Shown piece after piece: positions 58,070 through 64,000 of a stretch of 64,000 bases of DNA (its first letter is position 1; every line of letters begins with the position of its first letter). Under the pieces are notes generated by a model. The model worked only from the letters and a program-made list of their open reading frames with translations. It was not told the origin of the DNA and did no database searches. Both the position numbers and the translations under genes were made by a program. Source of the DNA: an uncultured Actinomycetota bacterium (lineage in GTDB: Bacteria; Actinomycetota; Humimicrobiia; Humimicrobiales; Humimicrobiaceae); contig CAZQQX010000001.1 in the NCBI GenBank assembly GCA_964595565.1, forward strand, positions 8,074 through 72,073, written 5' to 3'.

Positions 58070-59129
58070 AAATAACTGTATTTTTTGCTTCATCAGGCAA
58101 CTGCCCCCTGGCTTAAGAGATTCACTGTATATAAAAGATGATGATTATCTTCTTTCCTATATATACGGAAATTTTATAACCCTCACCAATTTAAACCAGG
58201 AAGATTTAAAAAGAATTGTTAAATACAGACTGGAGCCGCTCTATATCTCTGTACACAGCCTTGACGGGAATATAAGAGAAAACATTTTTGGAAATAAAAG
58301 AACCATGCGTGGTATTGAAAATCTCATATTCCTTGATAAAAACGGCATTAAAACAAATATTCAAATAGTTCTATGTCCGGGTATAAATGACGGTAAAGAC
58401 CTGGAAAATACACTTTTAGCACTTAATAATGATTATAAAAATATATTATCTACAGGTATAGTGCCAGTCGGGGTTACAAAGTATAATAAAAATAATAATT
58501 TGATATCCTATAATAAAAAAACTGCAGTTGAAATTATAAATTTTGTAAATAACATTAAAAAATATTATAAGTCATTTAAAAAAAATGATAATATCTATCT
58601 TTCTGATGAATTTTATATTATTAGTGAAATTGATTTTCCTCCGTACAATTATTATAAAAATTTTTATCAGATAGAAAACGGTATTGGAAAATCTACCTGC
58701 TTCTTGAAGCAGGTAGATGAATATATTAATAATAGAGGTTATACTTATGAAAAAAAATATAAAAAAGTATTAATAGTAACCTCAGAGTATGGCAAAGTAG
58801 TAATAAAAAAAGCTATTGATAAGCTGGAAGAAAGATATGGGACACTAAGACAGGATATGAAATTATTCTTAAAAATATTGGAAGTTAAAAATAAATTTCT
58901 CGGAGGTAATATTAAAGTAACGGGCATACTCAGCGGGGAAGATATAAAGACAAATTTGAAAAAAGAAGATATCAAAAAATATGACAGGGTGCTTATTCCA
59001 AAAAGCATTTTTAATCAGGACAATCTGACTATAGATAATTATAAAAAACTGGATCTGGAAAAAATTAACAAAAATATAAAAATAATACCCGAAGATGGAT
59101 ATAATTTTATAAAAGAAATATATTCTTAA
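58029..59129 (+). CDS. DUF512 family putative radical-SAM-like Fe-S protein (no PDZ domain)
   Basis: CKNNCIFCFIRQLP..LR.SLYIKDDDY.LS...GNFITLTN, QIVLCPGINDG, LSDEFY, QIENGIG and VTGIL motifs. Confidence 0.85.
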   Translation: MKSYNISKKIKTCKNNCIFCFIRQLPPGLRDSLYIKDDDYLLSYIYGNFITLTNLNQEDLKRIVKYRLEPLYISVHSLDGNIRENIFGNKRTMRGIENLIFLDKNGIKTNIQIVLCPGINDGKDLENTLLALNNDYKNILSTGIVPVGVTKYNKNNNLISYNKKTAVEIINFVNNIKKYYKSFKKNDNIYLSDEFYIISEIDFPPYNYYKNFYQIENGIGKSTCFLKQVDEYINNRGYTYEKKYKKVLIVTSEYGKVVIKKAIDKLEERYGTLRQDMKLFLKILEVKNKFLGGNIKVTGILSGEDIKTNLKKEDIKKYDRVLIPKSIFNQDNLTIDNYKKLDLEKINKNIKIIPEDGYNFIKEIYS

Positions 59130-59141
59130 GCCAGTAATGTT

Positions 59142-60491
59142 ATGAAGAAATTAAATGATAAAAATTTTATTGACCGCGATGCTAATAGTCCTAAAGTCGC
59201 AGTTGTGGGAAAACCAAATGCCGGAAAATCAACTTTGATAAACCGAATATGCAATAAAAGTGACGCTATCGTTGATAAGGAACCAATGATTACGAGGGAT
59301 AGAAAATATTATAAAACAGACTGGAATGGTAAAACATTCATCCTGTCAGATACAGGAGGGATTAATTTAAAATTAAAAGAGAATATAAATATACAGGTAT
59401 TTTTACAAACAAAAAAAGCTATAGATGAATCAAATATAATTATTTTTATGGTGGATTTAAAACAGCCTGTCTCTCCAGTTGATGAAGAAATAGCAGATAT
59501 GTTAAGGAAAACAAACAAAAAAATAATTTTTGTCGGAAATAAATACGATGATGAAAAAGAAGAGTTATTTATTGAAGATTATCTGAAATTCGGCTTTGGG
59601 TATCCTTTTAAGATATCGGCCCTACACGGTAAAAACATAGGGGACCTTTTAGATGAAGTGGTAAAAGAGCTTGGTTCAAATACGGAAAGCTCTAATAATT
59701 ATGATATAAATGATGTACCTGCTATTTCTATTCTGGGGAGGCCAAATGCAGGCAAATCAACACTATTTAATGTTATAATCAAAGACCAGAGAGCAATAGT
59801 AGATGAGGTTGGGGGAACTACCAGGGACAGTATTGACAGCATAGTAAAAATAGATGGGAAAAATTATAAATTTATAGATACAGCGGGCATAAGAAGAAAA
59901 AAGGGGAAATTAAAAAGTCTGGATTACTATAGCGATATAAGAACCAGAAAAGCAATAGAATATTCTGATATAAGTCTTATATTAATTGACTGTAGCAGAG
60001 AAATAGCAAATCAGGATGTAAAAATAGTTGATATGTGCATTCAAAAAGGGGTCAGCATATGTATTATTTTTAATAAAATTGACAGAGTTGATAGTGAAAC
60101 TCTGGACAGTATTATAAAAATGTTTGAGCTCAAACTGAGATTTGCAAGTTATATACCCTTTTTGAAAGTAAGCGCATTAAAAGAAAAGGGCATAAAAGAT
60201 ATTATTAAAATGGTAGATTTACTAGTTGCTGAAAGAAATAAAATAATATCCGATAATGAGCTAACAAATTATTTCAAAAAAATAGAGAGGGAAAATGAAG
60301 GTATTCACTTTAAAGGTAAAAAGTTTAAGATTAAATTTCTAAAACAAATCAAGGCGTCCCCTCCCTTTTTTCTGGTTTTCTCAAATATGGATGCAAGAAA
60401 AAGGGTTAATTTAATAAGATATATAGAAAACAACATACGAAGAGAATTTGGATTTAAGGGTACACCTTTATATTTTAAATTTAAATATTAA
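59142..60491 (+). CDS. der: Ribosome biogenesis GTPase Der (EngA)
   Basis: Two G domains (GKPNAGKS...TRD...DTGG; GRPNAGKS...TTRD...DTAG) and a KH-like C-terminus (FGFKGTP). Confidence 0.96.
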   Translation: MKKLNDKNFIDRDANSPKVAVVGKPNAGKSTLINRICNKSDAIVDKEPMITRDRKYYKTDWNGKTFILSDTGGINLKLKENINIQVFLQTKKAIDESNIIIFMVDLKQPVSPVDEEIADMLRKTNKKIIFVGNKYDDEKEELFIEDYLKFGFGYPFKISALHGKNIGDLLDEVVKELGSNTESSNNYDINDVPAISILGRPNAGKSTLFNVIIKDQRAIVDEVGGTTRDSIDSIVKIDGKNYKFIDTAGIRRKKGKLKSLDYYSDIRTRKAIEYSDISLILIDCSREIANQDVKIVDMCIQKGVSICIIFNKIDRVDSETLDSIIKMFELKLRFASYIPFLKVSALKEKGIKDIIKMVDLLVAERNKIISDNELTNYFKKIERENEGIHFKGKKFKIKFLKQIKASPPFFLVFSNMDARKRVNLIRYIENNIRREFGFKGTPLYFKFKY

Positions 60492-60531
60492 ATACTGGCT
60501 AAAGGGAATAAAGTAAAAACTTACAAATAAT

Positions 60532-61566
60532 ATGAAAAGAAAGATAAATATAACAGTAATAGGAGCAGGAAGCTGGGGTACAACTTTTTCGGTTATGCTT
60601 GCCAGAAAAGGATACAGAATTAATTTGTGGACAAGACGCAATATAACTTGTAATGAAATAAAAAATTCCAGAAAAAACACCGGGTATACGGGTGAATTAT
60701 ATATACACGAAAATGTAGTTCCGTTTACCGGCTATAAAAATGGGCCCGGTAGCCCGGATATAGTAGTTTTTGCGGTCCCATCGCATGTCCTGAGAGAAAC
60801 TATCATTAGATTTAATAATTATTTGAAAGAGAATATAAAAAATATAAAATGTATTCTTAATCTGGCAAAGGGACTGGAAATTGTTACAAATCTCAGGTTG
60901 TCGCTGACAATGGAAGAATGTCTGCCAGAAAATTTAAAATACAGAATTTGTGTTTTATCGGGTCCCAATATCGCCTCAGAAATAGCAATGGGACTGCCGG
61001 GCGTGTCGGCAATCGCATCAAATAATAAAGAATTACTTAAATATATGCAGCCGATATTATCAAGTGATAAATTCCGGATATACACAAATAACGATGTGAC
61101 TGGTGTAGAAATTGGTGGTGCGGTTAAAAATATAATAGCAATAGCTGCCGGTATTTCAGATGGTCTGGGTTACGGGGCGAATACCAAAGCTTCGATTATA
61201 ACCAGAGGATTACATGAGCTTACCAAATTTGGTGTTAAGCTTGGTGCAAATCCAGTAACTTTTTCAGGAGTAGCCGGAATGGGTGACCTTATAGCAACCT
61301 GTATAAGTAAAAAAAGTAGAAATAGAAACGTGGGTGAAAGGATAGCAGGGGGCGAGAAAGTTAGTGATATTTTAAAAAGCATGCATATGGTTGCTGAGGG
61401 AATAAATACCACAAAGGTAGTTTATGATATTGCTAAAAAAATAGACATAGAAGTTCCAATTACTGAATGTATCTATGAAATTATCTATAAAGGTCTTGAC
61501 CCGCTTAAATCAGTAAAAAAATTGATGACCAGAAAGTTTAAATCTGAGATTGAAGAAATTAATTAA
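60532..61566 (+). CDS. gpsA: NAD(P)H-dependent glycerol-3-phosphate dehydrogenase
   Basis: GAGSWGT, AKGLE, LSGPN.A.E, GGAVKNIIAIAAG, GDLIATC..SRN and AEG motifs. Confidence 0.96.
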   Translation: MKRKINITVIGAGSWGTTFSVMLARKGYRINLWTRRNITCNEIKNSRKNTGYTGELYIHENVVPFTGYKNGPGSPDIVVFAVPSHVLRETIIRFNNYLKENIKNIKCILNLAKGLEIVTNLRLSLTMEECLPENLKYRICVLSGPNIASEIAMGLPGVSAIASNNKELLKYMQPILSSDKFRIYTNNDVTGVEIGGAVKNIIAIAAGISDGLGYGANTKASIITRGLHELTKFGVKLGANPVTFSGVAGMGDLIATCISKKSRNRNVGERIAGGEKVSDILKSMHMVAEGINTTKVVYDIAKKIDIEVPITECIYEIIYKGLDPLKSVKKLMTRKFKSEIEEIN

Positions 61567-61575
61567 ACCTATAGC

Positions 61576-61604
61576 TTTACTATTTATTTGTATTATTTTA
61601 GAAT
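61576..61604 (+). promoter_or_regulatory. sigmaA-type promoter for tRNA-Pro
   Basis: TTTACT-N17-TAGAAT, with an alternative TATAAT at 61604-61609, just before the tRNA. Confidence 0.45.
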
Positions 61605-61617
61605 ATAATCAATAATA

Positions 61618-61695
61618 CGGGACGTGGCGCAGTTTGGCTAGCGCACCAGTATGGGGTACTGGGGGTCGGAGGTTCAAATCCTCTCGTCCCGACCA
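61618..61695 (+). tRNA. tRNA-Pro(GGG)
   Basis: Acceptor CGGGACG/CGTCCCG, D arm GCGC/GCGC, anticodon stem CCAGT/ACTGG with loop ATGGGGT, T arm GGAGG-TTCAAAT-CCTCT and encoded CCA. Confidence 0.97.
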
Positions 61696-61769
61696 TAAAA
61701 TTGAAAAAAATGATATAATAATTTAGTTAAATGGTTATCTGAAGAATCCAGTTATTTAAAATTAAAATT

Positions 61770-62180
61770 ATGGAATCAGAACATAAGAATAAAACAGAAT
61801 CTATAAGAGACAAAATAGTTGAGTATATTGAGGATATATCCAGCGACATACTTGAAGATATAAAAAAAATTCCTCCAGGAAAAAGCGTTTTAGTAATAAT
61901 AAAAGGGCCTAATATTGGAGACAGATTTTTTATAAATAAACCCCAGATTACAATTGGAAGAAACCCGGAATCTGATATATTTCTTGATGATGTGACAGTT
62001 TCCAGAAAACACGCCGTTATTTTTAGAACAGGGAATGATTTTAAAATAAAAGACTCCGGAAGTTTAAATGGAAGTTACATAAACGGTAAAATAATCGAGA
62101 GTTCGGTTTTAGAAAAAATGGACAGGATACAGATCGGAAAGTATGTATTTTTATTCTTTCAGACAGGTACTGAAAATTAA
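61770..62180 (+). CDS. FHA domain protein (GarA/OdhI-like)
   Basis: GPNIG.RF, TIGRNPESDIFLDDVTVSRKHA, DSGSLNGSYIN and IQIGKY motifs; followed by a MerR gene as in actinobacterial garA loci. Confidence 0.88.
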   Translation: MESEHKNKTESIRDKIVEYIEDISSDILEDIKKIPPGKSVLVIIKGPNIGDRFFINKPQITIGRNPESDIFLDDVTVSRKHAVIFRTGNDFKIKDSGSLNGSYINGKIIESSVLEKMDRIQIGKYVFLFFQTGTEN

Positions 62181-62192
62181 AATAAAAAATAA

Positions 62193-62933
62193 ATGAAAAC
62201 AGAATCTTCAAAAAAAAATACAGAAAAAAACTACCTTACAATAGGCAAGGTGGTTAAAAACTTAAAAAAAATATACCCAGATTTAAGCAATAGCAAGCTC
62301 AGATTTCTGGAATCAGAAGGTCTCATATCACCGGGAAGAGCACAGAACAAATACAGAATTTACCTTAAGGAAGATATAGAGAAAATAAATTATATTTTAA
62401 AAATGCAGAAAGACTACTACATGCCGCTTGATGTAATAAAGGAAAAGTTAAATTCAAGAGATTTTAAAAAGTTTATAAGTGAGAATGAACACTCAATAGA
62501 AAATCTCCAGCTTAAATTAGGAGAAGGTTATAGAGCTGATTATGAGTTCAAATCATACTCCGCAGGGGAAATGGGCAAGAAATTTAAATTGCCGGGAGGT
62601 TACATAGATGACCTGATAAATAATGATATCGTTGATTGGAAGGAAGAAAATGGTAAATATTTATTGAATGCCAATGACGCTGAAATTTTAAAACTGGTAA
62701 GTGACCTTTTAAAATACGGGATATACGTCAAGCACTTAAGATTGTTTGAAAACTTTGCAAATCGCCAATCTGCGTTTATACAGCAAATTATTTTACCTTT
62801 AATCATGTCCGGTAAAAAGGATTTACATAATAGAGCAAAAAAAACTGTCAGCAGGCTTGAAAGAATGCTCTGTGATTTTCAAGAACTTTTAGTAAAAGAC
62901 AAAAATAAGAAGTTTCTGGAAAAACATAAATGA
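62193..62933 (+). CDS. MerR family transcriptional regulator (Rv1828/FtsR-like)
   Basis: LTIGKV...YPDLSNSKLRFLESEGLISP.R...YRIY...YILKMQKDYYMPL.VIKE; second degenerate HTH; RHLR-like HLRLF. Confidence 0.85.
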   Translation: MKTESSKKNTEKNYLTIGKVVKNLKKIYPDLSNSKLRFLESEGLISPGRAQNKYRIYLKEDIEKINYILKMQKDYYMPLDVIKEKLNSRDFKKFISENEHSIENLQLKLGEGYRADYEFKSYSAGEMGKKFKLPGGYIDDLINNDIVDWKEENGKYLLNANDAEILKLVSDLLKYGIYVKHLRLFENFANRQSAFIQQIILPLIMSGKKDLHNRAKKTVSRLERMLCDFQELLVKDKNKKFLEKHK

Positions 62934-64000
62934 TAAATGTGGATAATCCGGTTTCATACCATAGAAAATCAGGCAATATATGCAAAAGGGTATTAGTATT
63001 TATTCTCTTCTTTTTAATCGGTTCTTTTTTTATTTTTTTAAATCCACCTGAAATTTACTGTAATCCTGATAGCGCAGCTTACGATACTGATATAAATATT
63101 AATGCCGAGTCAGCAGTTGTTGTTAACTATGATACAGGAGATATATTATGGGAAAAGAATTCTTCTCGCAGCTTATACCCCGCCAGTCTGACCAAAATGC
63201 TATCTTCAATCATTGCGATTGAAAATATTAAGGACTTTGACGAAATTACCAGAATATCAAAAAATGCTTCTGGCAGAAATCATTCTTCGTTTACATTTAA
63301 GACCGGGGACACTATAAGTCTAATGGACTTGCTTAAAGCTTCGCTTATAAGTTCCCACAACAACGCTATAATTGAACTGGCAGAATATTTATCGGGAAAT
63401 ACGGAAGATTTTGTTAGTTTAATGAATATTAAAGCCAGGGAGATTGGCGCATATAACTCAACATTTGAAAATACAAATGGTCTGGACGATACATTTCCAT
63501 ATCACAGGTCAACTGCCCTTGACCTGGCAAGAATAGCCTCATACTGCATGGATAATGATCTTTTCCGCGAGATAGTAAGCACCAGAGAAGATATCATTAA
63601 GAAAAATAATGAAGAAATTGGAATTACCAATACAAACACTCTTCTTAAAAATGATTATATAAAGGGAATTAAAACAGGTTACACGAATAATGCCGGATTC
63701 TGTGAGGCAATTTATTCAGATAAAGAAGACCTGAATCTTATAACTGTGGTTTTAAACAGCGAGACCGCGGAACAGAGGGATAATGATGTCTTAAAATTAT
63801 TAAACTGGGCCTACAATAATTTAGAATATACTAAAGTTGTTGACTCAAAAACCCCTTTTATATCAATAAGTACAGGCAAACCCACCAGTATTGATATAAA
63901 TCTTTACCCGGAAACTGACAGGGTATATCTTTTAAACATAAATAGCGATAAAGTAGATTTTAAAAATAGTATAAGTGAAAATATAACCGTACCCATTAAA
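62930..64000 (+). CDS. D-alanyl-D-alanine carboxypeptidase (peptidase S11), 3' end outside window
   Basis: Absent from the ORF track because it runs off the end. The ATG at 62930 overlaps the MerR stop (ATGA). It has a signal/TM segment, AESAVV...TG.ILWEKN, PASLTK (SxxK), SHN (SxN), NTNGL and IKTGYT (KTG). Confidence 0.9.
   Translation, partial: MINVDNPVSYHRKSGNICKRVLVFILFFLIGSFFIFLNPPEIYCNPDSAAYDTDININAESAVVVNYDTGDILWEKNSSRSLYPASLTKMLSSIIAIENIKDFDEITRISKNASGRNHSSFTFKTGDTISLMDLLKASLISSHNNAIIELAEYLSGNTEDFVSLMNIKAREIGAYNSTFENTNGLDDTFPYHRSTALDLARIASYCMDNDLFREIVSTREDIIKKNNEEIGITNTNTLLKNDYIKGIKTGYTNNAGFCEAIYSDKEDLNLITVVLNSETAEQRDNDVLKLLNWAYNNLEYTKVVDSKTPFISISTGKPTSIDINLYPETDRVYLLNINSDKVDFKNSISENITVPIK

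Noticed and set aside
665-62806. The many minus-strand and alternative-frame ORFs of 60-160 aa in the ORF track
   Set aside because: All overlap well-supported + strand genes, show no recognisable motifs and have the Phe/Ser/Ile-rich composition expected of antisense shadows in AT-rich DNA.
1-64000. CRISPR arrays, IS elements, rRNA, prophage genes and selenocysteine read-through
   Set aside because: No spaced short repeats, transposase motifs, rRNA-like sequence or in-frame TGA within conserved domains were seen.

Overview
A low-GC, core-chromosomal segment in which every credible protein-coding gene lies on the + strand. The gene order is actinobacterial: alaS-ruvX-mltG-aroE...aroC-aroK-aroB-aroQ-pepP-efp-nusB, then tlyA-nadK-recN-pyrG-nudF-xerD-scpA-scpB...cmk-der, and an FHA(GarA-like)-MerR pair. 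This suggests a deep-branching, AT-rich Actinomycetota lineage (inference). Most genes are housekeeping (recJ fragment, relA, hisS, aspS, alaS, trpS, shikimate and tyrosine genes, ispA, ispH, gpsA, plsC, tkt, tal, dacA fragment), and there are a 6S RNA and a tRNA-Pro(GGG). The standout is a type IV pilus system interleaved with the shikimate genes. It comprises pilT, pilC, an embedded SigB/SigF-type sigma factor, a GspG-like major pilin preceded by a near-consensus SigB-type promoter, pilD, pilMNO and a PilP-like lipoprotein. It has no pilB or pilQ in the window. A separate trio of minor pilins includes a PilV-like member carrying two identical Fn3 domains and a C-terminal module that matches the cellulose-binding family CBM64 as I recall it. 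Together these suggest a sigma-controlled, polysaccharide-adhesive pilus. Other notable items are an unannotated ~170-nt structured ncRNA with its own promoter and terminator (52937-53106, minus strand), a transaldolase that appears to need an ATT start codon, and an LVIVD-PKD-transglutaminase lipoprotein. All family assignments come from motif recognition by eye; no searches were run.
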